Made by a program: the position numbers and the translations under genes. Positions 49,668 through 61,273 of a DNA stretch of 64,000 bases are shown here, piece after piece. Every line of letters begins with the position of its first letter. The stretch's first letter is position 1. The stretch covers positions 192,001 through 256,000 of the forward strand of contig CAWGZR010000009.1 of the NCBI GenBank assembly GCA_963827165.1, written 5' to 3'. Under the pieces are notes generated by a model. It ran no database searches. It worked only from the letters and a program-made list of their open reading frames with translations, and was not told the DNA's origin. This DNA is from Candidatus Bathyarchaeota archaeon. GTDB lineage: Archaea; Thermoproteota; Bathyarchaeia; Bathyarchaeales; Bathycorpusculaceae.

Positions 49668-50072
49668 ATGCGCAGAAGTTTAACTGTAACCCCTGAAAAC
49701 GACAAGAGAATATTGCTTGCAAAAGGGCGTTTCCTAACAGGAGACTCACCCTTCGACATTGACTACACCACAATGGTCAACATATTCATAGAGCTAGGCC
49801 ACAAACTGATGTCGCAAGCATGGACAAACAACGAAAACTCAAACGTAGTCATCAACAAAAGCGAAATAACTGAATCTTTCAAAAAGCATTTCTTCGATGC
49901 CGAACTCAAAGAAGAAGCCGTCGGAGATCAAGTCGCAGAAATAATATTTCGAAAACTGGTAGAACAATCCAGCATCGCGGGGTGCAGCCCGATCCAGAAA
50001 GAACAAACCCCCGAGTTGCCTGCAGAGCAACCAAAGGCTAAAGAGACAAAAAGAGAAAAATACATCGCCTAA
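49668..50072 (+). CDS. Hypothetical protein with RHH-like N-terminus, first gene before grpE
   Basis: MRRSLTVTPENDKRILLAK...YTTMVNIFIELG strand-helix-helix pattern. Confidence 0.6.
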   Translation: MRRSLTVTPENDKRILLAKGRFLTGDSPFDIDYTTMVNIFIELGHKLMSQAWTNNENSNVVINKSEITESFKKHFFDAELKEEAVGDQVAEIIFRKLVEQSSIAGCSPIQKEQTPELPAEQPKAKETKREKYIA

Positions 50073-50101
50073 ACTAGAACAATAAGAGGGTCAAACAAAA
50101 A

Positions 50102-50635
50102 ATGGTCGATGACAATCAGCCAGAATCCCCCGATTTTGGGGACCAACTCGAATGCGAAAAAAAACGTTCCGAAGACTACCTAACCCGGCTACGTTACATG
50201 CAGGCGGATCTTGAAAACTTCAAGAAACGCTCAGAACGAGAGTCAGAACAAATCAAAAACTTCTGCACCGAACGTCTAGTAATTGGACTCTTGGACATAG
50301 TGGATGAATTGGAGTTAGCGGTCAAAAACGGAGAAATCTCAACCTCGCCAGAAGTGTTACTTGAAGGCGTCGAAATGACGCTAAAGAAGCTCAGAAAAGT
50401 TCTTGAGCAAGAAGGCGTTTCTCCAATTGAGAATACCGAAGGCAAAATTTTTGACCCCTCCAAACATAATGCGGTACTCGCCGTCGAAAAAGGCGATGTC
50501 GCCGAGGGTACGATCCTTGAGGAAATAAGAAAAGGCTACATGATGAAGGGCAAAGTCATCAGACCCACCATCGTCAAAGTGGCCGTTAAACCAAAAAACA
50601 ATCAAAGTAATCAAACGGAGGAAAAAACAAATTGA
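50102..50635 (+). CDS. grpE: Nucleotide exchange factor GrpE
   Basis: [30 protein letters not shown]. Confidence 0.97.
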   Translation: MVDDNQPESPDFGDQLECEKKRSEDYLTRLRYMQADLENFKKRSERESEQIKNFCTERLVIGLLDIVDELELAVKNGEISTSPEVLLEGVEMTLKKLRKVLEQEGVSPIENTEGKIFDPSKHNAVLAVEKGDVAEGTILEEIRKGYMMKGKVIRPTIVKVAVKPKNNQSNQTEEKTN

Positions 50636-52551
50636 GCAACCAAAAAACAAATGAAAAAGTATTAGGAATCGATTTGGGAACAACCAATTCAGCAGCCGCC
50701 ATCTACGAAGGCGGACACGCCACTGTTATTCCAAGCGCGGAAGGCCCAACAATGGCTGGAAAAATGTTCCCTTCAGTCGTAGCCTTCACTAAAGACGGAC
50801 AACTTTTGGTAGGTGAACCAGCAAAAAGACAAGCAGCCACCAACCCGGAAGGAACAATTTTTGAAATAAAACGCAAAATGGGGACAGACTACAAAGTCAG
50901 CGTTTATGGCAAAGAGTATAGTCCACAGCAAATCTCAGCGTTCATACTTCAGAAAATCAAGAAAGACGCCGAAACATATCTTGGTGGAACCATGCGCAAC
51001 GCAGTCATCACCGTCCCAGCCCACTTTAACGACAACCAACGCCAAGCGACCAAAGACGCAGGAGAAATCGCAGGATTCCAAGTAATGCGAATAATCAATG
51101 AACCCACCGCCGCATGCCTCGCATACGGCATCGACAAGGTTCAACAGGAAATGAAGATCCTTGTCTTCAGCTTCGGCGGCGGCACCCACGACGTCACTGT
51201 CATGGATTTCGGCAAAGGAGTTTTCCAAGTGCTCAGCACAAGCGGTGACACACAGCTCGGCGGAACAGACGTTGACAAAGCAGTCATGGATTATATCTTA
51301 GGCGAGTTCAAACGCCAAACAGGCATAGACATCTCAACCGATAGAATGGCAATGCCAAGGCTCAAAGACGCGGCAGAAAAAGCCAAAATTGAGCTCTCCG
51401 CCCTAATGAGCACCGACATCGACTTGCCATTTCTAACCGCAGACGCTTCAGGGCCCAAGCACCTTCACCTAACATTAACACGCACCAAACTTGAATCCTT
51501 AGCACAGCCAATCGTGCAGCGAACCCAGCCAACCCTTCTAAAAGCCCTCGAAGATGCAAAATTAAATCCACAGCAAATCGACAAAATCATTCTCATCGGC
51601 GGCATGACTAGAATGCCACTTGTGCAACGATTCGTCGAACAAATCCTAGGCAAATCACCCGAGCGAGGGATTGATCCGATGGAAAGTGTTGCCATAGGCG
51701 CGGCAATCCAAGCAGCAGTAGTTACCGGCGAAGTCACAGACCTACTCTTACTCGACGTCACGCCCTTAAGCCTTGGCGTTGAAACTATGGGAGGCGTATT
51801 AACCAAGGTTATGGACAAGAACACCACAATTCCCACTAAACGCAGCCAAATATTCACAACAGCCGCGGACTTCCAAACTGCAGTAACTATCCACGTGCTC
51901 CAAGGCGAAAGAGCAATGGCAGGAGACAATGTCTCACTAGGCATGTTTAACCTCGTAGATTTGCCGCCGGCACCGCGAGGAGTTCCTCAGATCGAGGTAA
52001 CCTTCGACATCGACGCAAACGGAATACTAAACGTAACCGCCAAAGACTTGGGTACAGGAAAACAATCAAAAATAACTATAACAGCAGCTACCAAACTGTC
52101 CAAAGAAGAAAAAGAACGTCTAATCAAAGACGCCGACCAATACGCCGAACAAGACAAAAAGAAACGGGAAGAAGCTGAGCTGCGCAACACCGCTGATAGC
52201 TTAGTTTACACGGCAGAGCGAACAAAGACTGATTTGGCAGGCAAAATCACTTCAGAAGAAACAAGCAAAATAGACGCCGCCGTTACTGAACTCAAAAACG
52301 CCTTAGCGAGCAACGATATGTCGCAGGTAAAAGCAAAATCCGATGCACTCCAGAAGGTTCTGCAGGATGTCGGAACAAAAGTTTACCAGCAAGCATCGCA
52401 AGAATATGCGAAACAGCAAGGACAACAACCAGGGCAAGCGCCGCCTGGAGGAGCAGGACCGCAAATGCCGCCAACTGGTTCTGAAGGACCAGAACCCGAA
52501 GGTTCAAGCGAAGAAAAAGTCGTTGACTCGGAAGACTACAAAGTAAAGTAG
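50632..52551 (+). CDS. dnaK: Chaperone DnaK
   Basis: [44 protein letters not shown]. Confidence 0.98.
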   Translation: MSNQKTNEKVLGIDLGTTNSAAAIYEGGHATVIPSAEGPTMAGKMFPSVVAFTKDGQLLVGEPAKRQAATNPEGTIFEIKRKMGTDYKVSVYGKEYSPQQISAFILQKIKKDAETYLGGTMRNAVITVPAHFNDNQRQATKDAGEIAGFQVMRIINEPTAACLAYGIDKVQQEMKILVFSFGGGTHDVTVMDFGKGVFQVLSTSGDTQLGGTDVDKAVMDYILGEFKRQTGIDISTDRMAMPRLKDAAEKAKIELSALMSTDIDLPFLTADASGPKHLHLTLTRTKLESLAQPIVQRTQPTLLKALEDAKLNPQQIDKIILIGGMTRMPLVQRFVEQILGKSPERGIDPMESVAIGAAIQAAVVTGEVTDLLLLDVTPLSLGVETMGGVLTKVMDKNTTIPTKRSQIFTTAADFQTAVTIHVLQGERAMAGDNVSLGMFNLVDLPPAPRGVPQIEVTFDIDANGILNVTAKDLGTGKQSKITITAATKLSKEEKERLIKDADQYAEQDKKKREEAELRNTADSLVYTAERTKTDLAGKITSEETSKIDAAVTELKNALASNDMSQVKAKSDALQKVLQDVGTKVYQQASQEYAKQQGQQPGQAPPGGAGPQMPPTGSEGPEPEGSSEEKVVDSEDYKVK

Positions 52552-52692
52552 TCAACTCCCAACTTTCTTTTTTACCACTTTTTTACGCTTCCGTCTACCA
52601 AAAAACAGAATTAAAGAAGGGAAATGGTATAAATCCCAGTCAAGTGCTATAGACAAACTCAAGAAAAATATTGATTTAGCGGTAAATGGCTG

Positions 52693-53862
52693 ATGGCTGA
52701 AAAAAGAGATTACTACGAGGTCCTAGGCGTAAAACGGGACGCATCGCCCGACGAAATTAAAGACGCTTACCGAAAGCTAGCTTTACAATTTCACCCAGAC
52801 CGAAACAAAGATCCTGGCGCCGAAGACAGATTCAAAGAAATCAGCGAAGCCTACGCCGTTCTCAGTGACACCCAGAAAAGACAGCAGTACGATACTCTGG
52901 GTCATTCAGGTTTTGACCAGCGGTACAGCTCCGAAGACATTTTCAGGGGAGCCGACTTCGACTCTATTTTCCACGATATGGGTTTCGGCGATATTTTCCG
53001 CACTTTCTTCGGCGGCGGAGGAGGTTTTGGCGGTGAACGCGAAATCAGAGGAAGAGACTTAGCCTTCGACCTTGAAATAACTCTCGAAGAAGCCGCGCTT
53101 GGAACTGAAAAGGAAGTTGAGATTCCACGGACAGAAAGATGCGATGTCTGCGGGGGTTCGGGCGCCAAGCCAGGGACTCAAGCTAGGGTTTGCCCAAGAT
53201 GCGGCGGTGCAGGTCAAGTTCAAAACATGCAGAGAAGCGCCTTCGGCACGTTTGTGCAGGTATCCGTTTGTCCCCAATGCAAGGGGAAAGGCAGGCTTAT
53301 CGAAACACCGTGCCCTAACTGCCACGGAACAGGTTTGATTCGTAAACGCAGGAAAATCTCGGTTCGCATCCCAGCAGGGATAGATGAAGGTTACCAGCTT
53401 AGGCTAAGGGGCGAAGGCGAAATGGTGGCCAACGGAGGAGAAGCAGGCGACCTTTACGTTTTAGTCCACATAAAGCCAAATCAGCAGTTTCTGCGAGAAG
53501 GCGACGACTTATGGTACGTTGCAGTCGTGACTTTTCCACAAGCAGCGTTAGGCGCCGATGTAAGCATTCCAACTCTTGAGGGACCCACAACTGTAAAGAT
53601 TCATCCTGGAACCCAGCCGGGCGAAGTGTTGACGCTTAGAGGCAAAGGAATGCCGCGGTTCAGAGCCTACGGCAAAGGCGACCTCAACGTGCGAGTCAGC
53701 ATTTCCGTGCCGGAGAAACTAACCAACCAGCAGCGGTCACTAGTCGAGCAGCTAGCCAAAGAATTCGGCTCCGAAGTCCAAAAACACAGATTTAAGCTTG
53801 TAGCCTTACTGCGTTTGAAAATTTTGTCTCCGCAAAGTTTATTGTTACAAAAAACTTATTAG
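52693..53862 (+). CDS. dnaJ: Chaperone DnaJ (true stop possibly near 53803)
   Basis: HPD J-domain, G/F region, four CxxCxGxG repeats. Confidence 0.97.
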   Translation: MAEKRDYYEVLGVKRDASPDEIKDAYRKLALQFHPDRNKDPGAEDRFKEISEAYAVLSDTQKRQQYDTLGHSGFDQRYSSEDIFRGADFDSIFHDMGFGDIFRTFFGGGGGFGGEREIRGRDLAFDLEITLEEAALGTEKEVEIPRTERCDVCGGSGAKPGTQARVCPRCGGAGQVQNMQRSAFGTFVQVSVCPQCKGKGRLIETPCPNCHGTGLIRKRRKISVRIPAGIDEGYQLRLRGEGEMVANGGEAGDLYVLVHIKPNQQFLREGDDLWYVAVVTFPQAALGADVSIPTLEGPTTVKIHPGTQPGEVLTLRGKGMPRFRAYGKGDLNVRVSISVPEKLTNQQRSLVEQLAKEFGSEVQKHRFKLVALLRLKILSPQSLLLQKTY

Positions 53863-53874
53863 TTTATCAATTTT

Positions 53875-54591
53875 TTGCGGAGTTTGAGATTATTGAAGTT
53901 TGAAACCAAAATACAGGAGATTATTCCCCGAACAGCTGACATAACCAGCTTCCGATTCCCTCGACCTGCCGAATTTGCCTATAAGCCAGGCCAATTCTTT
54001 TCCGTTGCATTAAAACAGGATGGGAAGGAGGTGAACAAGCATTTTAGCTTCAGCAGCAGCCCAACCGAGGCAGGCTTCATCGAATTTACAAAAAGGCTAA
54101 CTGACCACGAGTACTCGATGGCTCTTAAAGCCGCCAAAGTTGGCGACTGGGCAAGAATCGACGGCCCTTACGGTACCTTCACGTTCGAAGGCGAATACCC
54201 CAAAATCGCCTTGCTTGCTGGCGGCATTGGCGTAACCCCATTCATGAGCATCTGCAAAAACGCCACTGACAAAAAGGTGCCCGCACAAATTACACTTTTT
54301 CTAGGTTGCCGGACTCCAGACGACATCCCTTTTAGAAGGGAATTCGAAGCCATGCAACAAGCCAACCAGAACTTAAAGCTGCATTTTGTTGTTAACCAGC
54401 CAACCGCAGATTGGAAAGGCGCAGTTGGGATAATAACGGCGGATATGATTCAGAAAGAGCTGCCTGACTACAAAGACAACATTTTCTACTGCTGCGGGCC
54501 GCCAGGAATGGTTACGGCGATGGAGAAACTCATTGACAGTATAGGGCTACCTAAAGCGCAGTTAAAACTGGAGTATTTCACAGGCTACTAA
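53875..54591 (+). CDS. FAD/NAD(P)-binding oxidoreductase (FNR-like)
   Basis: KPGQF, FSFSSSP, GPYG.F, AGGIGVTP, CGPPGM. Confidence 0.92.
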   Translation: MRSLRLLKFETKIQEIIPRTADITSFRFPRPAEFAYKPGQFFSVALKQDGKEVNKHFSFSSSPTEAGFIEFTKRLTDHEYSMALKAAKVGDWARIDGPYGTFTFEGEYPKIALLAGGIGVTPFMSICKNATDKKVPAQITLFLGCRTPDDIPFRREFEAMQQANQNLKLHFVVNQPTADWKGAVGIITADMIQKELPDYKDNIFYCCGPPGMVTAMEKLIDSIGLPKAQLKLEYFTGY

Positions 54592-54697
54592 CAGAATGAA
54601 TTCTTGTTAGACCCCAAATTTAAAAGGTAGACAAAAAACCCAGCCTTTCCAAAAGTTTTGGAGACAGCGCGAAAAACGCGTCAGTGAAAAAAGAAAG

Positions 54698-55990
54698 TTA
54701 TGGGTAGAATCTGCGAGTTGTCCTTGGGAATGGGATGGCATCAATGATGTTGTCTAAGTCAAGCATCCACGTTAAGAGGCGTTCAAGTCCCATTCCAAAG
54801 CCCACGTGCGGCACGGTCCCATAGCGTCTGAGGTCGAGATACCACTCGTAATCTTCAGGTTTGAGTCCCTGCGCATTCATGCGTTGGATTAGGACATCTT
54901 TGTCTTCTTCCCTTGCGCCGCCGGTGCTGATTTCCCCGATCCGTGGTACCATCATGTCCACTGACATCGCCACTTCTGGGTGATCAGGGTACGTTTTGCA
55001 GTAAAACGCCTTGATCGCCGTCGGGTAATCGTAAACGAAGAAGGGCTTCCCGAAGTCTTCGGCCAGTACCTTCTCGTCTTCATAACCCAAATCAGCGCCC
55101 CAAGTCAAAGCGGGATTCTTCACTTTCAGCCTGTCGATTGCTTCAGCATAGGTAATGCGTGGGAAAGGCGTTTTCACGGTTTTGAGTTTTTCGATGTCGG
55201 CGCCTATTTCCGCGAATTCTTTTTGACAGTTATCGACGATGGTATGGCATACCTGGGTCATTAAGCCTTCTTCGAACTTCATGAGATCATTCATGTCGGC
55301 GAAAGGCCACTCAGCTTCCATATGCCAGTATTCGGTTAGGTGCCTGATTGTTCGGCTTTTCTCCGCACGGAACGACGGAGCAATACAATACACATTTTCA
55401 AGTGAGTAAATGAGGATTTCAAGGTAGAGCTGACTGCTCTGGGTCAAATATAGGTCTTGGTCGAAATATTTCAAACCGAAAAGTGTTGAGCCACCTTCAA
55501 CCGCCGCGGAAATAAACATCGGCGGAGAAACCTCCGTGTACCCTTGGCTTTTGAAGTAAGCTCGCGCTGCTTCTAACGTCTCGGCGCGAACCTTCATCAT
55601 CAAATTCATTTTTCTGCTGCGAAGCCAAAGATGCCGCATGTCACGAATGAACTCTTCACTTTTGTCTTTGGCTATAGGGAACGTTTCGGCTAAGCCGATG
55701 ATAGCGAGGTTTTCCGCGCTGATTTCGAAGCCTCCTGGCGCACGCTTGTCTTCCCGCGCGATGCCTTCAAGCGTTAAGCTGGATTCAATGGTTACCCGCT
55801 GTGCTTCCGCCCAAGCAGAGCTAATTTTTTTCACTGTGCACTGGATGAAACCTGTTGAGTCCCGGACAACGAGGAAAATGAGTTCTTTGCCTTCCCGCTT
55901 ACGATAAACCCATCCGCGAACGGCTACTTTTTGCTCTTTATATGATCCCTCTAATATATCGCCGACCTTTATGAAATCCATTAGCATCAA
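54698..55990 (-). CDS. asnS: Asparagine--tRNA ligase
   Basis: LTQSSQLY, FRAEKS.T.RHLTEYW, WYLDLRRYGTVPH.GFGMGLER. Confidence 0.93.
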   Translation of the reverse strand: MMLMDFIKVGDILEGSYKEQKVAVRGWVYRKREGKELIFLVVRDSTGFIQCTVKKISSAWAEAQRVTIESSLTLEGIAREDKRAPGGFEISAENLAIIGLAETFPIAKDKSEEFIRDMRHLWLRSRKMNLMMKVRAETLEAARAYFKSQGYTEVSPPMFISAAVEGGSTLFGLKYFDQDLYLTQSSQLYLEILIYSLENVYCIAPSFRAEKSRTIRHLTEYWHMEAEWPFADMNDLMKFEEGLMTQVCHTIVDNCQKEFAEIGADIEKLKTVKTPFPRITYAEAIDRLKVKNPALTWGADLGYEDEKVLAEDFGKPFFVYDYPTAIKAFYCKTYPDHPEVAMSVDMMVPRIGEISTGGAREEDKDVLIQRMNAQGLKPEDYEWYLDLRRYGTVPHVGFGMGLERLLTWMLDLDNIIDAIPFPRTTRRFYP

Positions 55991-56169
55991 CGTTTCTCTT
56001 AATACCCAAATTCAAACCTAAATGCTTATCGATTCAAATTTCTCAAGTTTGCTCCTAAATCGAGACTTAATTTGAGTTGGCTTCTAGGTCGTTTATGGAA
56101 TGGTTTAGTTGATTTGTGCCCCGTAAAGCTTAATTCGCCCTCGTTGTGACCTTTCTGTAGATTAGGTAA

Positions 56170-57572
56170 ATGCAAGAATCTGTGGATGGCAACTATAAGC
56201 TTAGGGCACTTCGGATTGCAGCAGTCGCGATTTTCAGCGTCGTTATTGTTGAAGTTTCAATAGGTTTTTTGGTTAACAGTTTAGCCATCTTGAGCGACGG
56301 CTTACACGCATTGCTTGATGCAGTTTCAACCATAATGTTGTTTTATGCGGTTCGCGCATCAATCAAGCCCCCCGATGAAGAACACACTTACGGCCATGAA
56401 AAGTTCGAAACCATAGGTGGACTCATTGGTGGAGTCACTTTGATCGCTGTGGCGCTTCTGATCTTCTACGAAGCAGCAATACGCCTTATGATGGGCACTC
56501 AGATCCATCAGGGTGTTGAGTTAGCGGGTTTCATCGCAATAGGCTACGCAATCTTCATTGCTTCTTTACGAGTCACTGTGTTCAGGAAAAGCTCAACATA
56601 TCGAAAGCCCCTCAATGCGCGTCGGCTTTTACGATGCAATCTCAGACTTAAGTTCAACACTTCTGGCTTTGGTAGGTTTCGGCTTAGCTACCTTAGGCTT
56701 CTTCTACGGCGACGCAATAGCATCGATTTTCCTTGGTGCGTTGCTTAGTTATTTGAGCGTTAAGCTTGTGCGGGTCAGCGTGATGGAGCTCAGCGACACC
56801 GCGTCAAAAGAGTTGGTCCAAAAAACAAGAAAACATCATTATTCACATGACGGCGTAATCAAAGCCGTGAATCTCAAAGTGCGCAAAGTCAGCTCCAAAA
56901 TCTTCATCGATGCATCAATCCAGGTTCCGAGCCACATGCCCCTTGAAGAAGCGCATTCTCTGGCGTCAAAAATCGAAACTGATTTAAAGCAATCTCTCGG
57001 CAACGTAGACGCCACAATTCATGTTGAACCCTCTGAAAAAGAAAGCAAACTCGACCAACAAGTCGAGAAACTTGCGACGGTGGACGGGGTCAAAGAAGTA
57101 CATGAAATAACTACAGTTTATATAGGCGGCAAATTCTACATTACCCTTCATGCCTACGTGGACCCTGAGCTCTCGGTTGAAGAAGCGCACAAAATAGCGG
57201 AAGTCATCGAGAAACGATTGCAGAGCTGAAATTAAGCCGATTGGAAATGTAACCGTACATGTTGAGCCCTCTGGAATCGCGGTTCCAGCCGCCCAAGTTA
57301 ATGAATCCAAGCTAAGAGACGTAATCAACGAGATAGCTAAGGGCATCGGGGAGAACCTGCGCATAAAACGTGTAGTAACCTATGCTGCAGAGGGCAAACG
57401 CTACATTAACATCGACTGCTGCTTCACCAAACAAATCCAAATAAAAGAAGCCCATCGCGTTGCTTCGCAGGTTGAAAAAGAGACGAAAGACCACTTCGCA
57501 GGCGCAGTTGTCACAGTTCACATGGAGCCAGAATGCGTCACTGAAGAACTGGGGAAATATCTCAAGAACTAA
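56170..57572 (+). CDS. CDF cation-efflux transporter with three C-terminal metal-binding domains; two frameshifts (about 56590 and 57225)
   Basis: SDGLH, HTYGH.K.E; three EAH..A..(I/V)E...VH(V/M)EP repeats across three frames. Confidence 0.85.
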
Positions 57573-57771
57573 AGGCACCTGTGAAGAAAGAAGCGAAAAG
57601 ATACCTTTTTGTTTTTTCTTGAAATGTGAAAATGGACCGAAAATACGGCATATTTGTTAATTGATTGCAAACTTACTGCAACGATGAAGAATCCAGAGGA
57701 TTTCCTTCATCAGCCAAAAAGGCTTTAATGTTGTTTTATTCATATTAGGGTCGGTAGACGCGAGGGGTGCT

Positions 57772-60021
57772 TTGATGTTTTCCCGTTCGGCTTCAGTTAA
57801 GTTGAAAGCAATTCTTATTATTGATTTATTGATTATCAGCGGGGCTGCAGGAGCCTATTTTTATCTTCAAAATCAAGGCGCCATCGGGGGCGTCACAAAA
57901 CCTGCAAAGTTTATTCTAACAAACCTTTCCATCGATCCCCCTAACGCCACGGAAGGCGACGCCGTGCAAATTGCGGTTAACGTAACAAACGTCGGCGATT
58001 TAGAAGGCAACGATACCATAAACTTCCAAGTTAACAACGAAGTAAAAGATTCGCAAAATATAACGGTGGAAGGCGCGGCAACGCAAGTCGTCACCTACAC
58101 TGATATTGAAACCACTTATGGGAACTACAGTGTCCAGGTTGGGGACTTGACAGGAAAATTCGTGATTAACCCTGCTCCTCCAGGATCAAGCAAGATAATC
58201 CTATCTAACTTGAACGCTTTCCCATATGAAGCCTGGCCGGGCCAGCCGGTTAACATGACAGCTACTGCCCAGAACCCCACTAACCAACCTGACAAACTAA
58301 CAGTTAGAGTCACGGTTGACGGTGCCTGGGTTGAAAACAAAGTCGTCGCTTTAAACGCGAGTCAAACCGAAACCGTGGTATTCGCGCTTAACGCGTCTTC
58401 CGTTTTGGGAGACCACGCTGTTAAATTGAATACTTTGAGCGGCCAATACACAGTTGTGCAGTCTGGGTACCACACGCTCGAGGTTAGCAGAAGCGGCGGC
58501 GGCTCCATACCTATGACCTTCACGCTAAACGGAGTCAGCCACAACTCGCCCTACATCGCACTTTTACCAGACGGGCAATACACCGTCCAGGTGCCTAATC
58601 CAGTTACCCTTGCAACCGGAGTGGTCGGCTTCACAAATTGGCAAGACGGCGATACCAGCACAACCAGAACGTTCACTCTGAACCAGCAGACCTTCATGAT
58701 TGCAACCTATACCATCATCAGTGGCTACGCGTCCTGTCCCTCTCTCTTCATGTGGAACGGAACAGGCTACTCATATGTGACTGACGTTTCAAACTCTGGG
58801 TGGCTCGGGTACATGAGCACCATGTCAAGCACTGGCGCCATCACATATAGCGGAGGAACCCCATGGGACTATGTGAAACTGAACCCGAACCTGCTAGCCG
58901 TCAACAACGGGTACTACGACATGACTCTTGCTCAGCAATGGAATGAACTATTCTATTTGGACACAGCATACATGGTGGTTGTCGATCACCCTATCGGAAC
59001 CGACGTTTACTCAACCATGAGCAACTACGTGAATCAAGCCTTCAACGGGCAAATCTACACCGTCAACCCAGCCGACCTCCAGACGCCACTTAGCGCAACC
59101 TACGTTTGGGGGCCAGCGGGAACTACCGCCAAAGGCCAAAACGTCCTAACTCAAATTTCGAAGCTTGACGGAGTCTTTACGCCTGGCAAAAGTGGGGATC
59201 TTAGTCCGTCATGGAATAACACTTACCTAAACCAGTTAACTTTGGACTTAGGGAACCTTTCAGGCGCAAAAACCATCAAGCTTGTTGTTAACGGTATAGT
59301 GAACTGGGGGGCATACCAAGACTACTACAACTGGATAGGCAACTTCTCAGGTGCAGCTTCAGCGGGGCTGCTGACTAATGGCACAACGATTTATCCGGGT
59401 CCCTACATGGAAGTTAAAGACGCAAGCGGCAACTGGGTAAAAGTAGCGGCGGACAAGCAAATCCCAATGCCATCCGACGGAAACGCCAGAACCTTCGTGG
59501 TTGATTTGACTGGAGATTTTCCCAAAGGAGTAACTGACTACCAACTCAAGATCTGCAACTTCTTCAACGTGACATACGACTACATCGCAATAGACACCAG
59601 CAGTCAACAGAACATAACGGTCCAGAAAATCTTGCCAATCGCAACTCTAAGTCAGTGGGGGCCAACTCAATCAACGTCTTCAGGAAACTTTACTCGGTAC
59701 GGCGACGTAACCGCGCTGGTTGCAGCCGCAGATAACATGTACGTGATCGGGAGACAAGGCGACGAGGTTTCGCTTCAATTCCCAGTTGGCAACCTGACGA
59801 AACTCGCTCCAGGTATGGAAAGAGACTATTTCCTCTTCGTAGCGTGCTGGTTCAAGGACCCGCCAGGTCAATGGGGATACGGATTCAACTTCACTGTCGC
59901 ACCTCTACCGTACATCGGCATGACCGGGTATCCATACACGGCAACCCAAAGCTACCCCTACGACGCAGCCCACCAAGCCTACCTCAAAGCCTACAACACC
60001 CGAACAATACCGCCAACCTAA
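57772..60021 (+). CDS. Membrane-anchored extracellular protein with CARDB-like Ig domains and a conserved SCP.L..WNG domain
   Basis: N-terminal TM; VNVTNVGDLEG CARDB-like repeat; SCPSLFMWNG, WFKD, PLPY.GM..YPY, YNTR. Confidence 0.75.
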   Translation: MMFSRSASVKLKAILIIDLLIISGAAGAYFYLQNQGAIGGVTKPAKFILTNLSIDPPNATEGDAVQIAVNVTNVGDLEGNDTINFQVNNEVKDSQNITVEGAATQVVTYTDIETTYGNYSVQVGDLTGKFVINPAPPGSSKIILSNLNAFPYEAWPGQPVNMTATAQNPTNQPDKLTVRVTVDGAWVENKVVALNASQTETVVFALNASSVLGDHAVKLNTLSGQYTVVQSGYHTLEVSRSGGGSIPMTFTLNGVSHNSPYIALLPDGQYTVQVPNPVTLATGVVGFTNWQDGDTSTTRTFTLNQQTFMIATYTIISGYASCPSLFMWNGTGYSYVTDVSNSGWLGYMSTMSSTGAITYSGGTPWDYVKLNPNLLAVNNGYYDMTLAQQWNELFYLDTAYMVVVDHPIGTDVYSTMSNYVNQAFNGQIYTVNPADLQTPLSATYVWGPAGTTAKGQNVLTQISKLDGVFTPGKSGDLSPSWNNTYLNQLTLDLGNLSGAKTIKLVVNGIVNWGAYQDYYNWIGNFSGAASAGLLTNGTTIYPGPYMEVKDASGNWVKVAADKQIPMPSDGNARTFVVDLTGDFPKGVTDYQLKICNFFNVTYDYIAIDTSSQQNITVQKILPIATLSQWGPTQSTSSGNFTRYGDVTALVAAADNMYVIGRQGDEVSLQFPVGNLTKLAPGMERDYFLFVACWFKDPPGQWGYGFNFTVAPLPYIGMTGYPYTATQSYPYDAAHQAYLKAYNTRTIPPT

Positions 60022-60282
60022 CCGCCCACTTTTTTGCTCAACACAAAATCCGCAAGCCAAGCCACCAAACAATGCAAGATTTAAAAGGTAAACCTCATAT
60101 TTTCATTACTTAAAACTTCAAAGAGACCGTGAAAAATGCCGTTTGACCCAAAAAAATCTTATCCCCTATGGAAATTTACCCGTCTTTTGAAAAGGATTAG
60201 TTTTGGGCATCTTTTCTCTTTTGAGAATTCAGCAAACAGCTGATTCTATCCTAATTTACAGTAACTGAGATGGCGAGAAACA

Positions 60283-61267
60283 ATGGTTTCGGGAGTACGT
60301 AGGGGACGTCTTAAGGTTAACAGTGCTCGGCGGACTTGGGGCAGCAGGGATACTGACTGTTCTGCTTTGGAAAAAAAACCTCGCCACAAAAGTAACCTTC
60401 CTGCGGCTTGTTGTCCAAGCAGTTGCCTTCACCGCCCTGTTCTACGTTTTCTCACTTCAACTCCCCCTTCTATACTACGTCATATTCATTTTTACCATAA
60501 CACTTTTTCTGGGACGCCTGTATTGCGGGTGGCTATGCCCCTTCGGCTTTATCATGGACCTCGAAGTTATGTTGCGAAAAGCTTTGAGAATCCGTTACCG
60601 ACTTCTGCCTGAAAGACTCAACAATACCCTGCACAAGTCAAGGTACGCCATAGCCGCTGTTTTCCTCGCTTTGCCAATCTACCTCTGGATTGAGAACCCA
60701 CCCCAAAACATGAGTTTCGCTTCGGCAATGGTACGAATTTTGGCAGGACCCTTCCGACCATACACTGTGCTCATCGACCCAATGATACCCCAGATTGTCC
60801 CATGGACAACCAACGCAGTAAGCGTTGCCCATGTCAACTTCACCTACCCCTACGTCCAAGACATCATCTTTTGGGCACCCAAAAACGTGGGCTTAGATTT
60901 AGCTCTCGCATTTGTAGCGTTAACATTGGTCGCCTCATTTTTTTTCAGGCGATTCTGGTGCCGCTTCTGCCCAACCGGCATCTCTTTGGCGGTCGTCAAT
61001 AGGTTTAAGGGTTTCAAATGGGCACCACTACTGCATATTGAAAAAGACGAAGAAAAATGCACCAAATGCGGCGTCTGCAAACGGGTTTGTCAAGCGCAGG
61101 TAGCCGAAGTGTACGAACAGAAAGGCGGGAAAATCGACACTTCCATGTGTGTGCTATGCCTGCGTTGTGCTGAAATGTGTCCGTACGCAGAAGCCCTCAA
61201 ATTAAAGTTTGGAAACAAAACCGTATTCAAATCTAGAAACTGGCTTGAACCACCAAACATTGAGTGA
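60283..61267 (+). CDS. Membrane-bound 4Fe-4S polyferredoxin (NapH family); likely frameshift near the start
   Basis: GRLYCGWLCPFG, FWCRFCPTG, CTKCGVCKRVC, CVLCLRCAEMCP. Confidence 0.9.
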
Positions 61268-61273
61268 GTACTT

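Noticed and set aside
57220-57235. TGA read-through (selenocysteine) in the CDF gene
   Set aside because: An in-frame TAA follows two codons later, and homology continues in a different frame
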